Under the pieces are notes generated by a model, which did not search any database, was not told the DNA's origin, and worked only from the letters and a program-made list of their open reading frames with translations. Shown one piece after another: positions 1 to 10,183 of a DNA stretch of 64,000 bases. Numbering within the stretch: position 1 is the first letter of the stretch; each line of letters begins with the position of its first letter. The stretch comes from an uncultured Solirubrobacterales bacterium (GTDB lineage Bacteria; Actinomycetota; Thermoleophilia; Solirubrobacterales; 70-9). The stretch is taken from NCBI GenBank assembly GCA_963797265.1, contig CAWCOY010000005.1, positions 111,544 to 175,543 of the forward strand, written 5' to 3'. The position numbers and the translations under genes are program-made.

Positions 1-7
1 CATTCGC

Positions 8-928
8 TCAGGCGGCGACGGGCTCGGCCAGGCGCTGCTCGACCCACTCGGTCGAGGCGATGTGCTTGCGCATGCCGAGCTGCTTCGGCTCGAAGCCGAG
101 GGCGAGGCCGACGAGCTGGGGGAGATGGAGCACCGCAAGGCCGAGCTCCCGGTTCACGACCTTGGCGGCCTCGGGCTGCTGCATGTCGAGATTGAGATGG
201 CAAAGCGGGCACGGGGTGACCAGGCAGTCGGCGTCGGCGTCGATCGCGTCACCGATGTGGGTGCCGGCCTGCCGGAGCGACACGTCGCGAGCCATGGTGA
301 TGATCGGGAAGCCGCAGCACTTCCGCGCTCCGTCGTACTGGACAACCTCGCCGCCGAGCGCCTCGATCAGGCGATCGAGGTAGAGGTCACGCTCGGGGTG
401 CTCCTCGTAGCCGAGGCGGTGCTTGGGGCGAAGGATGTAGCAGCCGTAGAAGGGCCCGACGCGGAGCCCGTTCAGCGGGCGGGTGACCTGCTCGGAGAGG
501 CGGTCGAGCCCGTAGTCCTCGACCAGCACCCAGAGGAAGTTCTTGTTGGTGAAGCCCTCGGGGTCGTAGGTAAGCCCCTCCTCGGCGAGGGTCTCGTTGA
601 TGTGGGAGCGGTACTCGGTGTCGCGCAAGCGCTGCTGGCACTCGGACTGGGCGCCCTGGCAGGTCGAGCAGATGTTCATCATCGGCAGGCCGGTCTGCTG
701 AGCGAGGGCGAAGGTCCGGGCGTTGAGGGTGTCGGCCAGCTCCTGGTTGTGCTCGGCGATCACGCCGGCCCCGGAGCAGTTGGCGCGGTCGAGCTCGACC
801 AGCTCGATACCGAGGCGATCGGCGACCAGCGCCATGGAGCCGTGCAGCTCCGGCGTGAAACCGCGGGAGACGCAGCCGGGCCAGTACGCGAGCTTCATTC
901 CATCCCGGGTGACGTCGGTGGCGGCCAT
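8..928 (-). CDS. CCG-domain (HdrB/GlpC-like, cysteine-rich) third subunit of a non-haem succinate dehydrogenase/fumarate reductase
   Basis: 306-aa ORF with Cys-rich CCG-type motifs ([22 protein letters not shown]). Its ATG overlaps the sdhB stop (ATGA at 926-930). Same strand as sdhA/sdhB. Confidence 0.75.
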   Translation of the reverse strand: MAATDVTRDGMKLAYWPGCVSRGFTPELHGSMALVADRLGIELVELDRANCSGAGVIAEHNQELADTLNARTFALAQQTGLPMMNICSTCQGAQSECQQRLRDTEYRSHINETLAEEGLTYDPEGFTNKNFLWVLVEDYGLDRLSEQVTRPLNGLRVGPFYGCYILRPKHRLGYEEHPERDLYLDRLIEALGGEVVQYDGARKCCGFPIITMARDVSLRQAGTHIGDAIDADADCLVTPCPLCHLNLDMQQPEAAKVVNRELGLAVLHLPQLVGLALGFEPKQLGMRKHIASTEWVEQRLAEPVAA

Positions 929-2166
929 CAGGACCCGGCTCCTGGGGAGAGACCCGTGTCACTTCCGGGCCTGGATTCCGAATCCGTGATCTCGTCGGGC
1001 TCGGGCTGGACCTCCGCCTCGGGCACGGCCTCCGCCTCGGGGACCGATTCATCCTGCTCCGCCTCCTCGCCGCGGATGTAGAGATTGAGCTCGACCTGGT
1101 GGTCCTCGGCGTGGGCGTAGATCCGTTTGACGTGCTCCTGGGCGTCACCGGGGAGCTTCGCGTGAACGCCGGGGATCAGCTTCGGCAGGGAGCGCATCTT
1201 GCCCGTTTTGATGCCGCGGACCGCGGTCGGGAGCGACTCGAGCACGCCCTTTACCGCGCCGTGCTTCGGCACCAGCTTGCCCTTGATCCCGGGGGCGTAG
1301 GAGTCCTGGAGGAGCTGGGCCTCGTCGAGAGTTCCCTTCTTCCGGATGATCTTGGTGAAGGCCTCCATGTGGTTGCGGCCGTGGTTCTGGTCCTGGATGT
1401 CCTCTTCGTCGGCTGCCCGGCGCAGCCGCATGATCTGATCCATCGGCGCCACGCCTTTCGGGCAGGCGTCGATGCACGAGAAGCAGTGGGTGCAGTCGTA
1501 GATCCCGTGGGGGTCCTGGGCGAGGTCGTGGAGCCGCTCCCTGGTCTCGGCGTCCCGCGGATCGCCGACGAAACGGTAGGCCTTGGCGAGCGCCGCCGGG
1601 CCGATGAAGTCGGGATCGGCCTCCATCGAGAGGCAGGAGGAGACGCAGGCGCCGCACTGGATGCAGGCCATCGACTGGGTGACGTCGATCATCGACTCGG
1701 GAGGGACGACGTACTCGCGCTCGGGCGGGTCGCCTTCGGGCAGCAGCCACGGGGTGACCCGGCGGATCTTGGTCCAGTGGGTCGACTCCATGTCGGTGAC
1801 CAGGTCCTTGATCACCGGCATGTTCCCCATCGGCTCCACCACGATCTCGGTCTTGCCGTTGCCCTGGCTCTTGTCGCCGCGCTCCTGGGCGCCGACGGCG
1901 TGGCTCTCGGCGTAGGACTGGGCCTCCTCCAGCATCGTCTTGCAGGCGAGCGTGGACTGGCCATTGATCTTCATCCCGCAGGAGCCGCAGATCGCGGCCC
2001 TGCAGGAGCAGCGGACCGCCAGGGAGCCGTCGTCACGGTCCTTGGCCTGGAGCAGCCCGTCGAGGACCGAGAGCGTCGGGTCGAGCTCCACGTCGAAGCT
2101 CTCCCAGTAGGGACCCTCGCCCTCTTCGGGCTTGAAGCGCCGGACCTTCAGTGTGAATTCAGCCAC
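928..2166 (-). CDS. sdhB: succinate dehydrogenase/fumarate reductase iron-sulfur subunit with long C-terminal extension and acidic tail
   Basis: N-terminus has the 2Fe-2S motif [25 protein letters not shown], followed by the 4Fe-4S clusters [11 protein letters not shown] and [12 protein letters not shown]. About 150 extra C-terminal residues end in an E/P/A-rich tail. Confidence 0.85.
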   Translation of the reverse strand: MAEFTLKVRRFKPEEGEGPYWESFDVELDPTLSVLDGLLQAKDRDDGSLAVRCSCRAAICGSCGMKINGQSTLACKTMLEEAQSYAESHAVGAQERGDKSQGNGKTEIVVEPMGNMPVIKDLVTDMESTHWTKIRRVTPWLLPEGDPPEREYVVPPESMIDVTQSMACIQCGACVSSCLSMEADPDFIGPAALAKAYRFVGDPRDAETRERLHDLAQDPHGIYDCTHCFSCIDACPKGVAPMDQIMRLRRAADEEDIQDQNHGRNHMEAFTKIIRKKGTLDEAQLLQDSYAPGIKGKLVPKHGAVKGVLESLPTAVRGIKTGKMRSLPKLIPGVHAKLPGDAQEHVKRIYAHAEDHQVELNLYIRGEEAEQDESVPEAEAVPEAEVQPEPDEITDSESRPGSDTGLSPGAGS

Positions 2167-2172
2167 CGCTAT

Positions 2173-3867
2173 TCACCCTAGTAGGTCCGTCTCCTGCGGC
2201 TGCCACTGCGTGATGGTCACCTCGGAGTAGCTGATCTCCGGGCCGTCGTCGGTCCGGGTCAGGTCGATGTGCTTGAGCCACTCGTCGTCGTTGCGCTCGG
2301 GGAAGTCGGTTCGGAACTGGGCGCCGCGGCTCTCGGTCCGATGGATGGCAGCCACGCAGGTGGCCTCAGCGCAGTCGAGCATGTAACCGAGCTCGATCGC
2401 CCCCAGCACGTCCTGGTTGAAGACCGCCCCCTTGTCGTCGATGTAGCAGCTCTCCCAGTCCTCCTTGAGCCGCTTGACCGTTTCGAGCGCCGTGTTGAGG
2501 CCCTCCGCCTCCCGGAAGACGGCGACATGCTTGTCCATCGTGTCGCCGAGCTCCCGGCGGATCTCGGAGACCCGGCGCCCCGGGTTGTTGGGGCGCCCGA
2601 CGAGCTCGGCCACACGCGCCTCCTCGTCGTTCAGGAGCGCATGCGAGACGTGGGCCTGCTCCCGGCCCTTGGCGCGCTCGGCGGCGTCGACGCCGGAGCG
2701 ACGGCCGAAGATCAGGGTGTCGAGCAGCGAGTTCGCGCCCAGTCGGTTGCCGCCGTGCACCGAGACGCAGGCGACCTCGCCGGCGGCGTAGAGGCCCGGG
2801 ACGTTGGTGCGGCCCTCGTTGTCGGTCTTGATCCCGCCCATCGTGTAGTGGTTGCCGGGCTTGATGTGGATCGGCTCCTTGGTGATGTCGACCCCCGCGA
2901 AGTCGCGGCCGACGAGCACGATCTCCCGCAGCGCCTCGTGGATGCGCTTGCGAGGGACGACGGTGATGTCGAGCGCGACGGTGCCGTCTGGGAAGCCGCG
3001 GCCCTCCTGGAGCTCGGTCTGCTCCGCGCGGGAGACGACGTCTCGGGAGGCGAGCTCCATCTTGTTCGGCGCGTACTTCTCCATGAAGCGCTCGCCGTTC
3101 GCGTTCAGCAGGTGCGCGCCCTCGCCGCGGGCGCCCTCGGTGATCAGGAACCCCTTGCCTGCCAGCGTGGTCGGGTGGTACTGGATCATCTCCATGTCCA
3201 TCAGCTTCGCCCCGGCCCGGTAGGCCTGGGCGATGCCGTCGCCGGTGCAGATCAGCGCGTTCGTGGTCGGGTGCCAGATCTGACCGTTGCCGCCTGTGGC
3301 GAGGATCACGGCCTTCGCGCCGAAGTGATCCATCGAGCCGTCCTTGACGTTCCGGCAGATCGCCCCGACGCAGTTGCCCTCGTCGTCGAGGGCGAGGCCC
3401 GTGGTGAAGTACTCCTCGTAGCGGGCGACCTCCTCGGAGTACTTCATGAGCTGCTCGTAGAGCACGTGCATGATCGCCTGGCCGGTGATGTCTGCCACGT
3501 AGTAGGTGCGCGCGGCCGAGGCCCCGCCGAAGGCGCGCGTGCCGAGCTTGCCCTCCTCGTTGCGGTGGAAGGTGACCCCGAGGTGCTCGAGGTGCAGCAG
3601 CTCCTCCGGCGCCGCCCTGCACATGATCTCTACGGCGTCCTGGTCGGCCAGGTAGTCGGAACCCTTGATCGTGTCGAAGGCATGCGACTCCCAGCTGTCG
3701 TCCTCCTGGAGCGCCGCGTTGATGCCGCCCTGCGCCGCGTTGGAGTGCGAGCGGACTGGGTGGACCTTGCTGATGATCCCGACCGAGACACCCTGCTCGG
3801 CGGCGGCGAGGGCGGCCCGCTGTCCAGCGAGGCCCGCCCCGATCACCAAGACGTCGTGATCCGGCAT
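2173..3867 (-). CDS. sdhA: succinate dehydrogenase/fumarate reductase flavoprotein subunit
   Basis: 564 aa. FAD fold [15 protein letters not shown], the covalent-FAD His context [10 protein letters not shown], and a typical SdhA/FrdA length. Confidence 0.95.
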   Translation of the reverse strand: MPDHDVLVIGAGLAGQRAALAAAEQGVSVGIISKVHPVRSHSNAAQGGINAALQEDDSWESHAFDTIKGSDYLADQDAVEIMCRAAPEELLHLEHLGVTFHRNEEGKLGTRAFGGASAARTYYVADITGQAIMHVLYEQLMKYSEEVARYEEYFTTGLALDDEGNCVGAICRNVKDGSMDHFGAKAVILATGGNGQIWHPTTNALICTGDGIAQAYRAGAKLMDMEMIQYHPTTLAGKGFLITEGARGEGAHLLNANGERFMEKYAPNKMELASRDVVSRAEQTELQEGRGFPDGTVALDITVVPRKRIHEALREIVLVGRDFAGVDITKEPIHIKPGNHYTMGGIKTDNEGRTNVPGLYAAGEVACVSVHGGNRLGANSLLDTLIFGRRSGVDAAERAKGREQAHVSHALLNDEEARVAELVGRPNNPGRRVSEIRRELGDTMDKHVAVFREAEGLNTALETVKRLKEDWESCYIDDKGAVFNQDVLGAIELGYMLDCAEATCVAAIHRTESRGAQFRTDFPERNDDEWLKHIDLTRTDDGPEISYSEVTITQWQPQETDLLG

Positions 3868-3897
3868 AGACCGATCCTAGTAATCCGTCTCGGTCAA

Positions 3898-4016
3898 CGG
3901 CTTCGCCACACAACGGGTTGCCCTCGGCGTTCCGCGCCTGCGGGCACCCTCGGATCTACGGCCGCAGGCGGCCGCCCCATATAACCGCTCGGTGACCGCT
4001 CGGGCTTTGCCCTCGC
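3898..4016 (+). repeat. long copy of interspersed repeat family 2 (CGGCTTCGCC ... CGCGCCTGCGGGCACCCTCG ... GGCGGCCGCCCC ... GGGCTTTGCCC)
   Basis: Aligns by eye over about 120 nt with the reverse complement of 54503-54626. Shares its ends and core with 23324-23390 and 24471-24540. Lies in the gap between the M50 protease 3' end and the sdhA start. Confidence 0.6.
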
Positions 4017-4041
4017 TCAGAGTGGAGCGGCCTGGTGGCCG

Positions 4042-5220
4042 CTAGGGGAGGCCGGCGGGCGTCTGCGGGCGGAGTGCCCTTCCGATCGCGTCGATCGTCA
4101 GCACGCCGCTGATGTGGCCGGCGTCATCGGTCGCGATCAGCGCGCCGAGGCGACGCAGTGACTCGTTGCCGAGCACCGACTCGAGCGGCGCGTCCTCCTT
4201 GACGGTCAGCGAGCCGCTGTCCCGCGCCACGACGTCGCTTACGGATGACGAGGTGCGTTCCACCGCGGGGACGTTGTCGGCGGTCGGCTGGTCGATCAGG
4301 CCGACCACGTGCTGTGTTCCGTCCACCACCGGGAACCAGGGCGAGCGGTAGCGCAGGAAGTACTCGTCGAGCGCCTGCTCGATCGAGGCCCCTTCGGGGA
4401 TCGCGACCGGGTCCCGGTCCATCACGTCGGCGACCGACACTCCCTCTATCCGGCTGGTGAGCTCGGTTTGGGCGATCGCCGACTTGGCGGCTCCCCTGAG
4501 GATGAAGCCGACGAAGGCGAGCCAGATGCCACCGAGGACGTCGCCGAGGTAGACCAGGAAGTAGCCGAGCCCGGCCAGGATCAGGAAGAGGCCGAACCAC
4601 TCACCGAGCGTCGCGGCGAACCGGGTGCCGGTGTTGCGGCTGCCGGTGCGCCACCAGGCGATCGCGCGCGCGATCCGGCCGCCGTCGAGCGGGAAGGCCG
4701 GAACCAGGTTGAAGATCAGAACCAGCAGGTTGATGCTGCCGAGCCAGACGACCATCGCGGCGATGCCCGAGGTCTGGGTGTTCTCCTGGGTGAGTGCGGC
4801 GTGGCGGACCTCATCGCCGCCGGCCAGCGCGAGGCCGAGCAGGGCGCAGACGATCACGATGGCGGCGGTGACGAGCGGCCCGGCGACCCCGATCTTGAAC
4901 TCAGTGCCGGGCGTGTCGGAGTCCCTCTCCAGGCGGGCCACGCCGCCGAACATCCAGAGCGTGATCGAGGAGACGGCGATCCCGTTGCGCATCGCCACGA
5001 ATGCGTGTCCGAGCTCGTGCAGCAGGATCGACCCGAAGAAGAGAGCCGCGCTCGCCACCGCGAGGATGTAGGGGGCGGAATCGCCCTGGTCTGCGTCCAG
5101 CACGTCGCGGTAGAAGCCGGAGAGCCAGAAGATGATCAGGAAGAGGACGACGAACCAGGAGAAGTCCACCGAGATCCTGATTCCCCGGACGCGAAAGAGC
5201 GTTAAGCCGCCGGCACCCAT
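4042..5220 (-). CDS. site-2 protease family (M50) zinc metalloprotease with C-terminal CBS-domain pair
   Basis: HELGHAF zinc motif, multiple TM helices, the DG motif (LVPAFPLDGGR), and a CBS-like C-terminal half. Confidence 0.85.
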   Translation of the reverse strand: MGAGGLTLFRVRGIRISVDFSWFVVLFLIIFWLSGFYRDVLDADQGDSAPYILAVASAALFFGSILLHELGHAFVAMRNGIAVSSITLWMFGGVARLERDSDTPGTEFKIGVAGPLVTAAIVIVCALLGLALAGGDEVRHAALTQENTQTSGIAAMVVWLGSINLLVLIFNLVPAFPLDGGRIARAIAWWRTGSRNTGTRFAATLGEWFGLFLILAGLGYFLVYLGDVLGGIWLAFVGFILRGAAKSAIAQTELTSRIEGVSVADVMDRDPVAIPEGASIEQALDEYFLRYRSPWFPVVDGTQHVVGLIDQPTADNVPAVERTSSSVSDVVARDSGSLTVKEDAPLESVLGNESLRRLGALIATDDAGHISGVLTIDAIGRALRPQTPAGLP

Positions 5221-5296
5221 GCCCCGATCTTAGGTTGCGACCGCCGGTTCTCCGGGCGATCGACCTTAGGCGGACGAACTCTCGTAGTTTTCCCGG

Positions 5297-6535
5297 ATGG
5301 CGACGGACGTATCGACGAGCATCTCGTCCCCGCCCGATGCGGCCTGGATGCGCGAGCGCCTGGACGAGCTCTGCGCCTTCGAGCGTGCTTCGGCCTCCGA
5401 AGGGGAGCTGCGGGCCGCCGAGTGGCTGGCCGGCGCACTGCGTGACGAGGGAGTGCGCGACGTGCGCGTCGAGGAGGAGCCCGAGGCCAACGGCAGCTTC
5501 TGGTGGTCGATCGGCATGCTCGCCGGCGCAGGGGCGATCGCCGGCCTCGCGGCCCGTCGCGGCGGGCGCGTGGCCCGGTTGTTCGCGACGGCGACAGGAG
5601 CCGCCGCAGCGGCGCTGATCGCCGACGAGATGCCGCCGGGCCAGAGGCGTTTCCGTCGGATGCTCCCCGCCCGCAGCTGCCACCACGTGCTGGGCGAGAT
5701 TGGTGCCAGTGATGCGGAGCGGACGATCGTGGTCATGGCCCACCACGACGCCGCCCACACGGCCTTCTTCTTCAACCCTGCGATCACCGAGGCGGTCGGC
5801 GAGAGCGCCCCGTGGGTATTCGAGAACAACGACACCAGCCCGCCTCTGATGTGGCCGACGGTGGCCGCCCCCGCGCTGGTCGCGGCCGGAGCGGCGCTCG
5901 GCAGCCGCAGACTGACGGGGCTCGGCGCGTTCCTGTGCGCGGGCGGCGCGGCGTTCATGGCGCACATCGGGGCGAGCGAGGTGGTCCCCGGCGCCAACGA
6001 CAACGGCACGGGCTGCGTGGCCCAGCTCGCGATCGCCCGAGCCCTCTCCGCGCGCCCGCCCGAGAACACCCGCGTGCTCTTCCTCTCCACCTCCGAGGAG
6101 GCGCTTTGCGAGGGGATGGGCCTGTTCATGGAGCGCCACGCCGCCGAGCTCCCCGCCGATAAGACCTTCTTCCTCTGCCTGGACACCATCGGCTCCCCCA
6201 CCCTGCTGGTCCTGCGAGGCGAGGGGATGCTGAAGCTGCGCGAATACCCGGCTGAGTCATTGGAGCTGCTCGACTCGACGGCCGAGGGGCTCGGCATCGA
6301 GCTCTTCCCGAATCTTCGCCTTCGGAACGCGACCGACGGCGTCTTCCCGCTGGCCGCCGGCTACCAGTGCGCCTCCGTCGCCTCCTGCAACCAGTGGAAG
6401 AACCCCTCCAACTACCACTGGAAGACCGATCTGCCCGAGAACGTCGACTACGGGACGGTGAGCGACGCGGTCCGGCTCTCGGAAGCGGTGATCCGCAGGT
6501 TGGACGAGCGCTGGTTTGCGGCCGGAGCCCGCTAG
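5297..6535 (+). CDS. M28 family metallopeptidase (membrane-associated aminopeptidase-like)
   Basis: AHHDAAH and ANDNGTGCVAQLAIARAL motifs typical of M28. Hydrophobic segments in the N-terminal half. Confidence 0.75.
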   Translation: MATDVSTSISSPPDAAWMRERLDELCAFERASASEGELRAAEWLAGALRDEGVRDVRVEEEPEANGSFWWSIGMLAGAGAIAGLAARRGGRVARLFATATGAAAAALIADEMPPGQRRFRRMLPARSCHHVLGEIGASDAERTIVVMAHHDAAHTAFFFNPAITEAVGESAPWVFENNDTSPPLMWPTVAAPALVAAGAALGSRRLTGLGAFLCAGGAAFMAHIGASEVVPGANDNGTGCVAQLAIARALSARPPENTRVLFLSTSEEALCEGMGLFMERHAAELPADKTFFLCLDTIGSPTLLVLRGEGMLKLREYPAESLELLDSTAEGLGIELFPNLRLRNATDGVFPLAAGYQCASVASCNQWKNPSNYHWKTDLPENVDYGTVSDAVRLSEAVIRRLDERWFAAGAR

Positions 6536-6800
6536 AGGCCAGGGCATCGACCAGGTAGTCCAGATCGTCGGCGCGGTCCTGATCCTGGCGGCCTACGCGG
6601 CGTCGCAGTTCGGCCGGCTCGACCCGTACTCGCGCTCCTACCTCGTGCTCAACCTGGTCGGCTCGGCGATCCTCGCCGTCCTAGCCTGGCACGAGGAGCA
6701 GTTCGGCTTCCTCCTGCTCGAGGGTGTCTGGGCGCTTGTCTCGGCCTGGAGCCTCGCGAAGGTCTTGCGCGGGCAGGCGCCGGCCGCCCCGCACCAGTAG
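6516..6800 (+). CDS. small three-helix membrane protein (resembles CBU_0592-type family from memory)
   Basis: 94-aa ORF with three hydrophobic helices. The TTG start overlaps the upstream peptidase gene by 20 nt. Start uncertain. Confidence 0.5.
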   Translation: MRPEPARGQGIDQVVQIVGAVLILAAYAASQFGRLDPYSRSYLVLNLVGSAILAVLAWHEEQFGFLLLEGVWALVSAWSLAKVLRGQAPAAPHQ

Positions 6801-6854
6801 ACAGGACCTGGCGGTGGCTCGAGCCGGCGACGCCGCCTCGGTAGGTTCGGGGAG

Positions 6855-7718
6855 ATGAGCAACGAGTTGATCGCGGTCACCGGCTCGACCGGCGAGGTCG
6901 GCGGGCGGGTCGCCCGCCACCTGGCGGAGCGCGGAATCCAGCAGCGCCTGGTGGTACGCGACCGCTCCAGGGCGCCCGACCTCGCCAGCGCGGAGGTCAC
7001 GGAGGTCTCCAACTACGGGGCGAGCCAAGAGATGGAGTCCGCGCTGGCCGGAGCACACACGCTCTTTCTCGTCTCCTTCGGGGAGGCGGAGAACCGGCTC
7101 GAGCAGCACAAGGCCGCCGTTGACGCCGCAAAGGCCGTCGGCGTCGAGCGGATCGTCTACCTCTCTTTCTACGGGGCGTTTGCCGAGACCGCTTTCACGT
7201 TCGGGCGCGACCACTTCCACACCGAGGAGCACATCAAGGCGAGCGGGCTGGCCCACGCGTTCTGCCGGGACAACATCTACCTGGACTTCGTCCCCTACTT
7301 CGCCGCCGACGGCGCCATCCGTGGTCCCGGCGGCGACGGCCGGTGCGCGCCGGTCGCCCGCGATGACATCGCCGACGTCGTCGTGGAGCTGATCACGAAT
7401 CCCGAGCGCAGCGGGCCATTCGAGGTCGCCGGCGACGAGTCCTACACGCTGGCCGAGGCCGCGGAGCGCCTTGGCAGGGCGATCGGGCGGGAGATCGTCT
7501 ACGTCGACGAGACGATGGAGGAGGCCTGGGCCGCGCGTCGCCCGAGCGGCAGGCCGGATTGGGAGATCGAGGGCTGGATAACCACCTACGTCGCGATCGC
7601 CGAAGGGGAGCTCGCGGAGCCCACCACCATGGTCAAGGATCTGACCGGTCACGACCCGCAGCGGCTCGAGGAGCTCCTCGAGCGCCAGCCGGAGTCCTAC
7701 GCGCACCTGTTGGACTGA
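6855..7718 (+). CDS. NmrA-like / atypical SDR NAD(P)H-binding protein
   Basis: N-terminal Rossmann motif IAVTGSTGEVGGRV; 287 aa. Confidence 0.8.
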   Translation: MSNELIAVTGSTGEVGGRVARHLAERGIQQRLVVRDRSRAPDLASAEVTEVSNYGASQEMESALAGAHTLFLVSFGEAENRLEQHKAAVDAAKAVGVERIVYLSFYGAFAETAFTFGRDHFHTEEHIKASGLAHAFCRDNIYLDFVPYFAADGAIRGPGGDGRCAPVARDDIADVVVELITNPERSGPFEVAGDESYTLAEAAERLGRAIGREIVYVDETMEEAWAARRPSGRPDWEIEGWITTYVAIAEGELAEPTTMVKDLTGHDPQRLEELLERQPESYAHLLD

Positions 7719-7791
7719 CCACTCCGATCTGGAGCACCGAGCGCGGCAAGATCCTCTCCGCCGTCATCGGCGGCGCGCCTACCATCGCAAC

Positions 7792-8445
7792 ATGGCGGTG
7801 TACGAGCCCACCGAACGCACCCGGGTCTTCCGCAAGCCCGGCCGGGGCAGCTACGACCGCCACCTCGTCCACTCGATCCTCGACGAGGCGCTGATCTGCC
7901 ACGTCGGCTTCGTCCAGGACGGTCAGCCCTACGTCATCCCGACGATCCATGTGCGGGAGGGGGAGACGCTCTATCTGCACGGCGCGAACGCCAACCGCAC
8001 GCTCAAGGCACTGGCGGATGGCGCCTCGTGCTGCGTGACCGTCACCCTCGTCGACGAACTCGTCCTCGCCCGGGCCGCGCTGCACCATTCACTCAACTAC
8101 CGCTCGGCGATGGTTCTCGGGACGGCTCGTGAGGTCACGGACCCAGCCGAGAAGCAGAGGGCGCTCCGTGCGGTCGTCGAGCACATCGCGCCGGGGCGCG
8201 CCGAGGAGGTCCGAGGTCCCGACGCGACCGATCTCAAATCGACCAGGGTGTTGTCGCTGCCGATCGAGGAAGCCTCGGCGAAGGTTCGCACCGGCCCGCC
8301 GGTTGACGAGAAGGCCGACCTCGACCTGCCTCACTGGGCAGGGCAGCTTCCGCTGACCAGCGGGACGGCCGATCCCGTCCCGGCGCCGGATCTCGCCCAG
8401 GGCCTACCGGTCCCGGAGAGTGTCCGCGGCTGGTCGCGAACCTAG
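7792..8445 (+). CDS. pyridoxamine 5'-phosphate oxidase family (flavin-binding split-barrel) protein
   Basis: Sequence pattern RGSYDR..ILDEALICHVGF..DGQPYVIPT..REGETLYLHG is typical of this family. Confidence 0.8.
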   Translation: MAVYEPTERTRVFRKPGRGSYDRHLVHSILDEALICHVGFVQDGQPYVIPTIHVREGETLYLHGANANRTLKALADGASCCVTVTLVDELVLARAALHHSLNYRSAMVLGTAREVTDPAEKQRALRAVVEHIAPGRAEEVRGPDATDLKSTRVLSLPIEEASAKVRTGPPVDEKADLDLPHWAGQLPLTSGTADPVPAPDLAQGLPVPESVRGWSRT

Positions 8446-8451
8446 GCCCGA

Positions 8452-9339
8452 CTACAGCGTGAAGGCGGCTCGGGCGACCGACCGCACCGAATCGACGACG
8501 GGGGCGGGATGGTCGTCTCGCCACAAAAGCCGCGTCTCGACCACGTCCTTCGAGTCGGCGAGCGCAATGGCCGCGATTCCCTCCGGGAGCGCACTGGCAA
8601 CGGACTCAGGCGCAAGGGCGACGAGGCCTCGATCGGCGAGGAGATCGAGATCCCACTGACTGTGAAACGACTCGTTGCGCTGAGTCGGCTCGAAGCCGGC
8701 GCGCCTGCACGTCTCGGTGAGCACGTCGTGCAGGCGAGGCGCCAGCTCGCGCGGGAAGAACAGGAACGGCTCGTCCGCCAGCTCAGCGAGCCTGATCGAG
8801 CGCTGACCGGCCATCGGATGGCTCTCGGCGAGGAGTGCGACCACTGCCTCACTGCGAATCGGCTCGCTGTGGATCCCTGAGGAGAGCTCGGGGCAAAGCG
8901 AGATCGCGACGTCGATGCTCCGGTCGAGCAGAGCGGGAATCATCTGCGCGTTCCACATCTCCTGGCTGAGGAGCTCGATCTCGGGGTGTTCCGCCCGAAA
9001 GGCGCGCCCAAGCACGGGGAGGGTGTCGAACCGGGCGCTCCAGCTGAACGCCAGCCGGAGTTGGCCGAGCTGGCCGGCGCCGGTTCGCCGCGCCGTAGCG
9101 ACGGCCCGATCGGCCTCGGATAGCGTCCGGCGCGCTCCGTCGAGCAGCGCCCGACCGGCGTCGGTCAATCTCACCTCTCGACTGGTTCGGACGAACAGCT
9201 CGGTTCCCAGCTCCTCCTCGAGCTGGCGAATCGCGACACTCAGCGGAGGCTGGGCCATATGGAGCCGGGTCGCGGCCCGGCTGAAATTGAGCTCCTCGGC
9301 GACGACCACGAAGTAGCGCAGATGGCGAAGCTCGGGCAC
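8452..9339 (-). CDS. LysR family transcriptional regulator
   Basis: N-terminal HTH LRHLRYFVVVAEELNFSRAATRLHMAQPPLSVAIRQLE; 295 aa. Divergent from the DJ-1/PfpI gene. Confidence 0.9.
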   Translation of the reverse strand: MPELRHLRYFVVVAEELNFSRAATRLHMAQPPLSVAIRQLEEELGTELFVRTSREVRLTDAGRALLDGARRTLSEADRAVATARRTGAGQLGQLRLAFSWSARFDTLPVLGRAFRAEHPEIELLSQEMWNAQMIPALLDRSIDVAISLCPELSSGIHSEPIRSEAVVALLAESHPMAGQRSIRLAELADEPFLFFPRELAPRLHDVLTETCRRAGFEPTQRNESFHSQWDLDLLADRGLVALAPESVASALPEGIAAIALADSKDVVETRLLWRDDHPAPVVDSVRSVARAAFTL

Positions 9340-9368
9340 CCCGCGCGGAGGCTAGACCCTCCAGCGAT

Positions 9369-9400
9369 ACCGAATTGGTCTTGAGCGACACCGATTCGGT
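9369..9400. promoter_or_regulatory. inverted repeat ACCGAAT-N18-ATTCGGT in the LysR/DJ-1 divergent gap (candidate LysR site)
   Basis: Perfect 7-bp arms, seen directly, inside the 97-bp divergent intergenic region. Confidence 0.35.
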
Positions 9401-9436
9401 GTTGCGCACGGCTGCGGGGAAACTAGGGTCGCTCGG

Positions 9437-10183
9437 GTGCCCGGGGCGCTCGACATCCTCGATCCCAACCGGCCCAAGCGTGTCGTCATCGTCGCGTCGA
9501 ACCCAACGGAATCGAAGGAGACCGGATGGCCGATCGGCTTCTGGTGGTCCGAGCTCACCCATCCCTATTGGGAACTCACCGGCCACGGCTATCAGGTGGA
9601 CATCGCGAGCCCGGACGGCGGCAAGCTCGAGGCCGACTCCTGGAGCGATCCCCGGGACGACTCGCGCTATTCCGCGGACGACTTGATCAGCCTCGGCTTC
9701 ATCAACTCGCCCGAGCACATGAAGCTCGTCGACGAGTCGAAGCCGCTCGCGGAGGTTCTGCCGGCCGACTACGACGCGGCGCTCTTCGTCGGTGGCCAGG
9801 GCCCGATGTACACGTTCTTCTCCGACGAGCGTGTGTACTCCCAGCTCGCCTCCTTCTACGAGCAGGGCAAAATCGCCGCCGTCATCTGCCACGCCACCTG
9901 CGTCCTGCTCAAGGTCCGCGTCTCCGGTGGAAGCCTGCTCGTCGGCGGCAAGACGTGGACTGGGTTCGCGAACTCGGAGGAACAGTTCGCCGACGACTAC
10001 GTCGGCCGGCGAATCCAGCCGTTCTGGATCGAGGACGAGGCACGCAAGCTCGAGAACACGAACTTCATCGTCCAGGGCAGGTTCAAGCCTCACGCCGTCC
10101 GGGACGGGAACCTGATCACCGGCCAGCAGCAGTACTCCGGAGTCGCGGCCGCCCGATTGATGATCGAGGCCCTGGGAACCTGA
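9437..10183 (+). CDS. DJ-1/PfpI family (type 1 glutamine amidotransferase-like) protein
   Basis: 248 aa with the nucleophile-elbow context AAVICHATCVLL. GTG start. Confidence 0.85.
   Translation: MPGALDILDPNRPKRVVIVASNPTESKETGWPIGFWWSELTHPYWELTGHGYQVDIASPDGGKLEADSWSDPRDDSRYSADDLISLGFINSPEHMKLVDESKPLAEVLPADYDAALFVGGQGPMYTFFSDERVYSQLASFYEQGKIAAVICHATCVLLKVRVSGGSLLVGGKTWTGFANSEEQFADDYVGRRIQPFWIEDEARKLENTNFIVQGRFKPHAVRDGNLITGQQQYSGVAAARLMIEALGT

Noticed and set aside
62-3984. Long ORFs antisense to or out of frame with sdhA/sdhB/CCG-subunit genes (for example 62..1081, 1099..2181, 2269..3984, 2366..3913)
   Set aside because: Their translations are Arg/Ala/Gly/Pro-rich and low in complexity with no motifs, the typical shadow ORFs of very GC-rich DNA. 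The opposite or alternate frames carry clear Sdh motifs.
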